Assembly (NCBI GenBank): GCA_963826275.1
Contig: CAWGWI010000006.1
Location: forward strand, 68,770-132,769
DNA from: Terriglobia bacterium
Lineage (GTDB): Bacteria > Acidobacteriota > Terriglobia > Terriglobales > Acidobacteriaceae
Length of the DNA stretch: 64,000 nucleotides
Reading direction: 5' to 3'
A program made the position numbers and the translations under genes. The notes under the pieces were generated by a model. That model was given only the letters and a program-made list of their open reading frames with translations. It ran no database searches and had not been told where the DNA came from. Of this stretch, positions 18,793 through 26,997 are shown in pieces. Position 1 is the stretch's first letter. Every line of letters begins with the position of its first letter.

Positions 18793-20010
18793 ATGTCCAA
18801 ACAGCTTAAGATTTTTGTCCTCACTGTTTCTGTAGCGATCGTCGTCTTTACCATTGTCGGCGGATTGCATGTCAAAGCCGCATCCAACGACGGCGCGTAT
18901 CGCCAACTCGGCGTTTTCAGCGAAGTGCTTTCGCGAATTCGCACCGAGTACGTTGAAGAACCCAATATTCCACAGGTGACCGACGGCGCTCTGCACGGGC
19001 TGCTCGAGTCGCTTGACGCGAATTCCAGCTATCTGACCCCGGCCGAATATAAGGATTACAAGGCCCACAAGTCCGATGCCAAAGGCTCGATCGGCGCCAC
19101 CGTCTCCAAGCGTTTCGGCTACGCCGCGGTCATCTCGGTCATCCCAGGTGGTCCGGCCGACAAGGCAGGGTTGGATTCGGGAGACATCATCGAAGCCGTC
19201 GAGAGCAAGAGCACGCGCGAAATGTCGCTCGCCGAGATTGAGTCTGGGCTTTCCGGCCAGGTCGGTTCGAACGTGAACGTCTCCGTTGTGCGCGCTCGCC
19301 GGGTTGAGCCGTTGAAGCTCGCCATCACCCGCGACAACGTGAAAATGCCTCCGGTCACCGACAAGATGGTCGAGAACGGCATTGCCTATATAAAGGTAGA
19401 CACTTTCACCAAGGGCAAGGCCCAGGAACTGGCGTCGAAGGTGAAGTCGGTGCAGGGACAGGGCGCGAAGAAGATCATCCTTGATCTGCGCGACAACTCC
19501 GAAGGTGATGAATCCGAAGGCATCACTGCCGCGAATCTCTTCCTCGATCACGGCACCATCACCTATCTCGAAGGGCAGAAGTACCCGCGCCAGAACTTTA
19601 CCGCCGACCCGCAAAAGAAGGTCACCGATGTTCCTCTGGCGGTTCTGGTGAATAAAGGAACGGCTGGCGCTGCAGAAATCCTTGCCGGTGCGTTGCTGGA
19701 AAACAATCGTGCCGACATCGTTGGCGATAAGACCTTTGGCGTAGGTTCGATCCAGAAGCTGATCGATGTTCCGGATGGTTCCGCGCTGATCCTCTCGATT
19801 GCCAAGTACTACACGCCGAATGGAAAGGCCATTCAGGACGTGGCCATCACGCCCAATATCGTTGTCGCCGATAATTCCGACGACTTCATCCTTCCCGATG
19901 AGGACGAGAACAATCCTGCCGAACCTGAAAAGAAGGAGCGCACGCCGCAGAACGACGATCAGTTGAAGCGCGCCATCCAGGTTCTGCAGAACCAGGGTAA
20001 GAAAGCCTAA
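18793..20010 (+). CDS. S41-family C-terminal processing peptidase homologue (TM anchor + PDZ + S41 fold) with both catalytic dyad positions apparently substituted
   Basis: ATG at 18793 within ORF 18691..20010. The PDZ segment is VISVIPGGPADKAGLDSGDIIEAV. The S41 core reads LVNKGTAGAAEILAGAL...GDKTFGVGSIQK, where the family normally has GSASASEI...TFGKGSVQ. Confidence 0.8.
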   Translation: MSKQLKIFVLTVSVAIVVFTIVGGLHVKAASNDGAYRQLGVFSEVLSRIRTEYVEEPNIPQVTDGALHGLLESLDANSSYLTPAEYKDYKAHKSDAKGSIGATVSKRFGYAAVISVIPGGPADKAGLDSGDIIEAVESKSTREMSLAEIESGLSGQVGSNVNVSVVRARRVEPLKLAITRDNVKMPPVTDKMVENGIAYIKVDTFTKGKAQELASKVKSVQGQGAKKIILDLRDNSEGDESEGITAANLFLDHGTITYLEGQKYPRQNFTADPQKKVTDVPLAVLVNKGTAGAAEILAGALLENNRADIVGDKTFGVGSIQKLIDVPDGSALILSIAKYYTPNGKAIQDVAITPNIVVADNSDDFILPDEDENNPAEPEKKERTPQNDDQLKRAIQVLQNQGKKA

Positions 20011-20033
20011 ACAACTTCAGCCAAAAAGCACGA

Positions 20034-20068
20034 CCCCGACTCGCACCACGGAGTCGGGGTTTTTGTTT
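20034..20068 (+). terminator. Rho-independent terminator after the S41 homologue
   Basis: 9-bp GC-rich stem CCCCGACTC / GAGTCGGGG (20034-20042 and 20051-20059), 8-nt loop, followed by TTTTTGTTT. Confidence 0.75.
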
Positions 20069-20548
20069 AAGGGGCGCAGTGGCTCCTCTGCCGTGTTACA
20101 AATAGTAACAACACACGACAAATTGAAACTGGGGAAGTGATGACTTGCCGACTTGGTCCAAGCAGATCACTTGCGTAGGCTACACCTGTTTAGGCTGCAG
20201 CCGGCGAGTGGCCGTGTTGCGATCCACAAATCCTCAGCCCGATTCCTCCGCACCCTTTCTCAAATCCAAATGCCTCTGCGGGCTCACTCGGTGGATCCTC
20301 GTCGACGAAGTCGTGTCTCTCGACATATGGACCGAATTTCCGGCTGACCACACGGCGAGGGTCCTGCCATTCAGATCGAGCGCAGAATAATGATTTGGTT
20401 GGTGGCGCGCCCTCGCCCGCGTGTGGACGAGCGGGCCAGCAGCGACGACGAATGTCACCACCTGTCCCATGGTCCATGCCCGCCTGGTCACCGATTCGCC
20501 CTCCACTCCGTGCTATGCTGATCGCAGGTTTCCCCCCGGAACTGCGCA

Positions 20549-22759
20549 ATGACCCGTTTAGTCGAAGACCTTCCTCCAGTTCACTTAGGAGGGAAGCGCC
20601 TGGTTGGTTGGGTCGTCTTCTCGCTCCTCGTGCTGGCGGCTGCCGCAGTCGGCGCATTCGCGGGGCTTCTCGTTGTCTATACCACCGATCTTCCTGAGAT
20701 CACGCAGCTCGAACAATACCGTCCCAGCTCGATCACCGAAATCTACGACGACCGGGGCAAGATCATCGGATCATTCGCCATGCAGCGACGCGTCGTTGCC
20801 ACCTATGACGATTTCCCCAAGTTGCTGCGCGACGCCATCATCTCCACCGAGGACAAGGATTTCGAGAAGCACTGGGGCGTGAATTTCTGGCGCGCCGCCG
20901 GAGCCGCTTATCGCGACTTCGACACCGGTCGCCGTGCGCAAGGCGCCTCCACGCTCACCATGCAGCTGGCGCGTAATCTCTTTCTGTCGCCGGAACGCAC
21001 GTTTCATCGCAAGATCCAGGAGATCCTGCTCTCCATCCAGATCGAGCGCCGCTTCACCAAATCGCAGATCTTCACGCTCTACGCCAACCAGATCTTTCTC
21101 GGACATGGCGTCTATGGCTTCGAGGCTGGGTCGGAGTACTACTTCAGCAAGCACGCGAAGGATCTGACGCTCGAAGAAGCCGCACTGCTGGCGGGTCTGC
21201 CCAAGTCGCCCAGCGGATATTCCCCGATCAACTATCCGGAGAAGGCGCTGCGTCGCCGCAACATCGTCATCAACAACATGCTGGAGGACGGGAAGATTAC
21301 GGCGGAAGAGGCCATGCGCGCCAAGAACACACCGCTGCGTCTGCGTATTGAGACTGACCCCAATTCGCTCGCGCCATATTTCGTCGAAGAAGTTCGCCGT
21401 TACCTGGAGAAGAGATATGGCAGCGAAGAAGTGCACCAGGGCGGTCTGCGCGTCTACACGTCATTGAATTCGGAGTTGCAGGTCACTGCGAACCAGGCGG
21501 TGCTGGATGCACTGGCTGCCTACGAGCGGCGCCACGGATGGAAGGCCTCGCTACCTAATGTCACGGCGGAAGCCGCCGACATCTCGAAGTATGAGCATCC
21601 AGATTGGGATATGCCCATTCACGATGGAAGCTATGTCCACGCTCTGGTGACGACCGTATACTCCACCCATGCGGACGTGAAGTTCGGAAAATACTGGGCC
21701 AGCCTGCAACCCTCCGACTTCGCGTGGACCAAACACAAGTCGTGTAACGAGATTCTTGCTCGCGGCGACATTGTGTACGTCAAAGTTCTTTCCCTCTCTC
21801 CTGACGGCACTGCGCATGTTTCTCTGGAGCAGGATTCGGGCACACAAGGAGCGCTGCTGGCCATCGACAATGCCACCGGCGACGTGAAAGCCATGGTGGG
21901 CGGGCGCGATTTCGAGCTTTCCAAGTTCAATCGTGCCATCCAGGCGCAGCGCCAAGTTGGGTCGTCGTTCAAGCCCTACGTCTACACGGCGGCGATCGAT
22001 CAGGACAAAATCACGCCTGACGACATCATCCTCGATGCGCCGATCAGCTTTCCCACCGCTTCAGGGCCTTATATACCTCACAACTACGACGGCAAGTTCG
22101 AGGGCAACATCACCATTCGTCATGCGCTGGCCGACTCGCGCAACATTCCTGCGCTGAAGCTGGCGTCGGACGTGGGCATCAAGACGGTGATCGACTATGC
22201 GCGCAAATTTGGAATCACTTCGCCGATTCCGCCAGTGCTGCCGATCGCTCTTGGCGCCGCTGACCTCACACTGATGGAGCAGACCAGCGCATTCACCGCG
22301 TTCCCCAATGATGGCGTGCGCGCCGTTCCGCGCATGATCCGCAAGGTGGAAGATGCCTCCGGCCGCGTCTTGGAAGACAACTATCCGCAATTCGAGGACG
22401 CGATTAACGCTCGCACCGCTCGCGTTATGACATCGCTACTACAAGGCGTAATTCAACACGGCACGGGAATCGCCGCCAGCAAGATCAAGCATCCGTTGGC
22501 CGGGAAGACCGGCACTACCAACGATTTCACCGACGCCTGGTTCGTCGGATTCTCACCCTCGATGACCTGCGGAGTGTGGGTCGGCTACGACGAAAAGAAA
22601 ACGCTCGGGCCGAAAGAAACCGGTGCCGAAGCCGCTCTTCCAGCATGGATGGACGTGATGAAGGTCGCGATCAAGGGCCATGATTCTGAGATTTTCAATC
22701 CTCCGCCGCCGATGGTGCGCACGGTCGCCCAGAAGGTGGGCGTCGGTCCTGGACGGTGA
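20549..22759 (+). CDS. mrcA: Class A penicillin-binding protein 1A (transglycosylase + transpeptidase)
   Basis: 736 aa with a TM anchor. The GT51 motif is EDKDFEKHWGV. The transpeptidase motifs are SSFK, SRN and KTGT. Confidence 0.9.
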   Translation: MTRLVEDLPPVHLGGKRLVGWVVFSLLVLAAAAVGAFAGLLVVYTTDLPEITQLEQYRPSSITEIYDDRGKIIGSFAMQRRVVATYDDFPKLLRDAIISTEDKDFEKHWGVNFWRAAGAAYRDFDTGRRAQGASTLTMQLARNLFLSPERTFHRKIQEILLSIQIERRFTKSQIFTLYANQIFLGHGVYGFEAGSEYYFSKHAKDLTLEEAALLAGLPKSPSGYSPINYPEKALRRRNIVINNMLEDGKITAEEAMRAKNTPLRLRIETDPNSLAPYFVEEVRRYLEKRYGSEEVHQGGLRVYTSLNSELQVTANQAVLDALAAYERRHGWKASLPNVTAEAADISKYEHPDWDMPIHDGSYVHALVTTVYSTHADVKFGKYWASLQPSDFAWTKHKSCNEILARGDIVYVKVLSLSPDGTAHVSLEQDSGTQGALLAIDNATGDVKAMVGGRDFELSKFNRAIQAQRQVGSSFKPYVYTAAIDQDKITPDDIILDAPISFPTASGPYIPHNYDGKFEGNITIRHALADSRNIPALKLASDVGIKTVIDYARKFGITSPIPPVLPIALGAADLTLMEQTSAFTAFPNDGVRAVPRMIRKVEDASGRVLEDNYPQFEDAINARTARVMTSLLQGVIQHGTGIAASKIKHPLAGKTGTTNDFTDAWFVGFSPSMTCGVWVGYDEKKTLGPKETGAEAALPAWMDVMKVAIKGHDSEIFNPPPPMVRTVAQKVGVGPGR

Positions 22760-22768
22760 TCACTACCC

Positions 22769-24934
22769 CTACCCTACTTCCACCAATCCATACCGTCTCT
22801 GCCAGTTCGTTCGCAGATGCACCAGTGCCCGGCTCACTTCGCCGGCTGGGACTTCCTTCGCGCCGCTCAACGTCCACGTAGCTTCTTTCTTTGCTGACTC
22901 GAGAATCTCGCGATCTCGCAGCAGATTCGCTACCCGAAAGCTCGGCATCCCCGCCTGACGTGTACCGAAAAATTCCCCGGGTCCGCGCAGTTGCAGATCC
23001 ATTTCAGCGATCTCGAAGCCGTCCTGCGTGCGCACCATGGTTTCCAGGCGTTCCTCGCCCACTTCCGAAACCTTGCCGCTCGTCATCAGGATGCAGTACG
23101 ACTTTGCCGCGCCGCGTCCGATGCGGCCGCGCAGCTGGTGCAGTTGCGAGAGTCCGAAGCGTTCGGCATGCTCGATCACCATCACCGTCGCATTCGGCAC
23201 GTCTACGCCAACTTCGATTACCGTTGTTGAAACCAGCACGTCGACTTCGCCACGTTTGAATCTCTGCATGACGACTTCTTTATCGTCGCCAGCCATACGC
23301 CCGTGCAGCAGTCCAATGCGCAGTCCCGGCAAAATGCGCTTGCGAATCTCGTCATACATCTTGATCGCCGGCTTCAGGTCGTTCTCGCCGCCCTCTTCAA
23401 TCACTGGATAAACGACATACGCTTGATGTCCAGCCGCCACCTGCTTGCGCACAAACTCGAAAACCTCACCTGACCGGTCGTCCGACACGCGCCGAGTTAC
23501 GATCGGCGACCGTCCCGGTGGCAACTCATCGATCACGCTCACGTCCAGCTCGCCGTAGAGCGTCAGTGCGAGCGTGCGCGGAATCGGAGTCGCCGTCATT
23601 ACCAGCACATCGGGCTCGCCAGTTTCGGCCGTATCCTTCTTCATCAGCTTCAGCCGCTGCATCACGCCGAAGCGATGCTGTTCATCCACGATCACCAGCC
23701 CCAGTCGATCGAACTCCACCGTCTCCTGGATCAGCGCGTGAGTTCCAATCACCAATTGAGCATCGCCTCGCGCGATGTGCCGCCGGACCGCGCGTTTGCG
23801 ATCCTGTTCCAGCGATCCCGTCAGCAGCACAATGCGATAGCCGGCCTGCTCCAGTACACGCCTCGCATTTATAAAATGTTGCGATGCCAGGATTTCCGTC
23901 GGTGCCATGAGCGCCACCTGGTAGCCGTTTTCGATGGCGATGATCGCCGCCTGAAATGCCACTATGGTCTTGCCTGATCCCACATCGCCCTGCAGCAGGC
24001 GCCTCATCGGCAGTGGGCCACCCATATCCGCGGCAATTTCACGCAGCACATGCTTCTGCGCCGCCGTCGGATGAAAGGGAAGGATGCGCTTGATCGCCTC
24101 ACGAACCTTTTCGTCCAACTTGAACTCGATGCCTTTTTGCGCGCGCATGCTTCGGCGCTTCAGTTCCAGCCCCAGTTGCAGGAAATACAGTTCCTCGAAG
24201 ATCAGCCGCAGATGCGCCGGGCTTCGCCACGCCTGCAACTTCCCCATGGGCTCATCGGGATCGGGCCAGTGCACCCGCCAGAACGCATCTTTGCGGTCGA
24301 TCAGCGCATTTCGTTTCCGCACCGCGCTTGGCAGTACCTCCGGCACTTCGGGATTCAGAACCTCCAACCCGGTGCGCACGGCACGCCGGAACCAGCGCGA
24401 GGTCATCTTACCGACAGCTTCGTAAATGGGAACGATTCTCCCCGTCTCCAGCGACTCCTTCGGGTCCACCTTCTCTGCGCCAGCTTCCAGCAGCACTTCG
24501 ATCTGGGGCTGCATGATTTGCAAGCCGCGACCGCGCTTATCGTCCTCAACTTTTCCGTAGAGTGCCAGCACATCGCCTGGATGGAACCGGTCTTTCAGAT
24601 ACGCGGCATTGAACCAGAGACACTTGATGCTGGCGCGCGGCTTCCCGAACGTGGGCGGAGCGTTATCACCGACTTCGCCTACCGTCATCTCGAAGATCGG
24701 CATACGGCGGGTCCGCAGCAGTATGGAAGTGCGTACCTCGGCGATCAGCGTCGCCATTTCTCCCGCGCGCAGATCGGTGATGCGACGCGGGTTCGACCGA
24801 TCCTCATAACGAAACGGCAGATAATAGAGCAGGTCTTCCAGCGTGGCAATGCCCTTGCCTGCCAGGGCTTCGGCTCGCGCCGGGCCGATCCCTTTCACGT
24901 ACTGCACCTGACTGTCCAGCTCCAGCATTGCCAT
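22769..24934 (-). CDS. recG: ATP-dependent DNA helicase RecG
   Basis: 721 aa with Walker A GDVGSGKT, DEQH box and TATPIPRTL. The wedge-domain N-terminus begins VKGIGPARAEAL. Confidence 0.92.
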   Translation of the reverse strand: MAMLELDSQVQYVKGIGPARAEALAGKGIATLEDLLYYLPFRYEDRSNPRRITDLRAGEMATLIAEVRTSILLRTRRMPIFEMTVGEVGDNAPPTFGKPRASIKCLWFNAAYLKDRFHPGDVLALYGKVEDDKRGRGLQIMQPQIEVLLEAGAEKVDPKESLETGRIVPIYEAVGKMTSRWFRRAVRTGLEVLNPEVPEVLPSAVRKRNALIDRKDAFWRVHWPDPDEPMGKLQAWRSPAHLRLIFEELYFLQLGLELKRRSMRAQKGIEFKLDEKVREAIKRILPFHPTAAQKHVLREIAADMGGPLPMRRLLQGDVGSGKTIVAFQAAIIAIENGYQVALMAPTEILASQHFINARRVLEQAGYRIVLLTGSLEQDRKRAVRRHIARGDAQLVIGTHALIQETVEFDRLGLVIVDEQHRFGVMQRLKLMKKDTAETGEPDVLVMTATPIPRTLALTLYGELDVSVIDELPPGRSPIVTRRVSDDRSGEVFEFVRKQVAAGHQAYVVYPVIEEGGENDLKPAIKMYDEIRKRILPGLRIGLLHGRMAGDDKEVVMQRFKRGEVDVLVSTTVIEVGVDVPNATVMVIEHAERFGLSQLHQLRGRIGRGAAKSYCILMTSGKVSEVGEERLETMVRTQDGFEIAEMDLQLRGPGEFFGTRQAGMPSFRVANLLRDREILESAKKEATWTLSGAKEVPAGEVSRALVHLRTNWQRRYGLVEVG

Positions 24935-25130
24935 GGAAACTAGCAGCTTAACATTCTTAATGGCACCCTTACCCTACGGAACCCGGCACTGTCCTGTCTT
25001 CCAGAGGCACGGATCAGATTCGGGAAAGAAAAAACAATCTCGGAAACTTCGAGATCCAGTGGGTTATCTTTTCAAAACCTTAGGAATCGGACAGCCAACC
25101 CGGCGAAAACGGTGTCAAAAGTAAGTAGGG

Positions 25131-25370
25131 ATGCTACCCAAGAACTTTTACAAGTCACTGGCGGCGGTGCTGGTCGGTAATGCGATTTACTTCCTTCTCC
25201 TGATGCCGATTCTTCCGCCGATAGCCCGCCACGCGCGGCTTTCTTCTCACGGTGTGCCCCATCTCGATTTGGGTCTCGTAGTCGATTTTTGGGTCTGCGT
25301 AGTTGTCTACGGAGCGATTGAATTGCTTTCCCGGCGCCGCAAACCAACGAACGTTACCAAGGGTCCTTGA
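25131..25370 (+). CDS. Hypothetical small membrane protein
   Basis: 79-aa ORF with two hydrophobic segments. No recognisable family and a weak RBS. Confidence 0.3.
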   Translation: MLPKNFYKSLAAVLVGNAIYFLLLMPILPPIARHARLSSHGVPHLDLGLVVDFWVCVVVYGAIELLSRRRKPTNVTKGP

Positions 25371-25478
25371 GGCTCCCGGTGAGACTTGCTACACTCATAA
25401 TCCCCAGGAATCGCACGTATGTTCTCGGGGCTCTCCCCAGGGCCGTAACCGCTAACCGGCGGATGTCGTAACGCAAGC

Positions 25479-26948
25479 ATGCAGAAAATAGCCATACTCT
25501 ATGACGCCAGCCAGGCGGTGATCTCCACCTTTGACCTGGACGAAGTGCTCAACCACATCGTCCAGATCGTGCAGGACTATTTCCACCTACATCGTGTGGC
25601 GATATTTCTTGCCGACCGCGATAGTGGCGCTCTCAGTCTGCGTACGCATGCAGGCTGGGGTGACAGCGATCTTCCGCTGCAGATCGAACTGGGCAAAGGT
25701 CTGATCGGCAACTCGGCTCAGCTGAAACGGCCGATCTATGCGCCCGATGTTTCCAAGGATCCCCGCTATCTCGATGCGATCCATAGCACCCGTTCGGAGT
25801 TGTCCATTCCGCTCATCGTGCGCGATGAAGTCGTCGGCGTCCTCGACTGCCAGAGCGATCAGCTCGATTTCTTCGACTCGGAAGCATCCGACCTGTTGAT
25901 CCTGTTCTCGACGCAAGCCTCTATCGCGCTTCAGAATGCGCGGCTTTATTCACTGGAGCAGCGCAAAGCGGCGCAACTGGAAGCCATCAACTACATCGCC
26001 AAGCAGGCAACTGCCGTTCTCGACTTGAACGAACTCCTCAGCAAAGTCTGCCAGCTCCTGCTGCAATCGTTTCCGGTCGATCACGTCTCTGTGCTCCTGC
26101 GCGAGGAAAATGCGCTGGTCGTAAAAGCTCATCACGGACGGCTCACCCCGGCAATTCCCGCAGGGGCTGCGATTCCAGCACATATGGGACTGGCCGCTCG
26201 CGCCATTGAGTCGAGAACGACTGTGGTCGAAAACGATGTCTCAACCGTACCGGATTACGTCGTGGGATTCAGGGAAACGCGATCTGAAGTTTGCATTCCG
26301 CTTGTTTCCCTCGGAGAGTTGATCGGCGTGCTGGCGCTGGAGAGCTCCCGCAAGGATGCGTTTGAAAGAGCTGATATTGCTCCCCTGGAATCCGTCGCAG
26401 ATATCTCCGCCAACGCCATTCAGAACGCGCATTACTTCGAAAGAGTTCGCCAGATGGCCTATGTCGACGGCCTCACTGGCATGTTCAATCGCCGCTACTT
26501 CGAAATTCGTATCGTCGAAGAACTCGAGCGTGCCCAGCGTTATCACGGGTCCATGGCCGTCATCATGCTCGACATCGACAAGTTCAAGGCCCTGAATGAC
26601 GAATTCGGCCATCTGCTCGGTGATGAGGTTCTTCGCCAGGTGTCAACTGTCTTTTCGTCCCAGTTGCGCAAGGCGGACACTGCCTGTCGCTATGGCGGAG
26701 AGGAGTTCGCCATCATTGTCCCCGAAACAACCGGAGAACACGCTCTCGCGGTGGCGGAGAAGCTTAGGCAGGTGATCGCGAACTGGCACTTCCCCGGAGT
26801 ATCGCGAAATGTGACGGTCACCGGCGGAGTCGCTTCGTATCCTCAGAATGGAACCACGCGCGACGATCTGGTCCGCGCTGCCGATGAAGCTCTCTATGCC
26901 GGCAAACAGGCCGGACGCAACCGCATTCTTGCCGCTCCCCACCTGTAG
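25479..26948 (+). CDS. GAF-GAF-GGDEF diguanylate cyclase
   Basis: 489 aa with two GAF-like modules. The active-site motif is RYGGEEF, with an RxxD I-site (RKAD) 5 residues upstream. Confidence 0.88.
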   Translation: MQKIAILYDASQAVISTFDLDEVLNHIVQIVQDYFHLHRVAIFLADRDSGALSLRTHAGWGDSDLPLQIELGKGLIGNSAQLKRPIYAPDVSKDPRYLDAIHSTRSELSIPLIVRDEVVGVLDCQSDQLDFFDSEASDLLILFSTQASIALQNARLYSLEQRKAAQLEAINYIAKQATAVLDLNELLSKVCQLLLQSFPVDHVSVLLREENALVVKAHHGRLTPAIPAGAAIPAHMGLAARAIESRTTVVENDVSTVPDYVVGFRETRSEVCIPLVSLGELIGVLALESSRKDAFERADIAPLESVADISANAIQNAHYFERVRQMAYVDGLTGMFNRRYFEIRIVEELERAQRYHGSMAVIMLDIDKFKALNDEFGHLLGDEVLRQVSTVFSSQLRKADTACRYGGEEFAIIVPETTGEHALAVAEKLRQVIANWHFPGVSRNVTVTGGVASYPQNGTTRDDLVRAADEALYAGKQAGRNRILAAPHL

Positions 26949-26997
26949 ACGCGATACCCGCAGGCAATCAGGTGTCGGGGGCTGCTAAACTGATTTC

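Noticed and set aside
20145-20390. 81-aa Cys-rich plus-strand ORF between the S41 homologue and PBP1A
   Set aside because: It has a TTG start and no RBS, overlaps several equally long alternative ORFs and has no family match. It may be real, but the evidence is insufficient.
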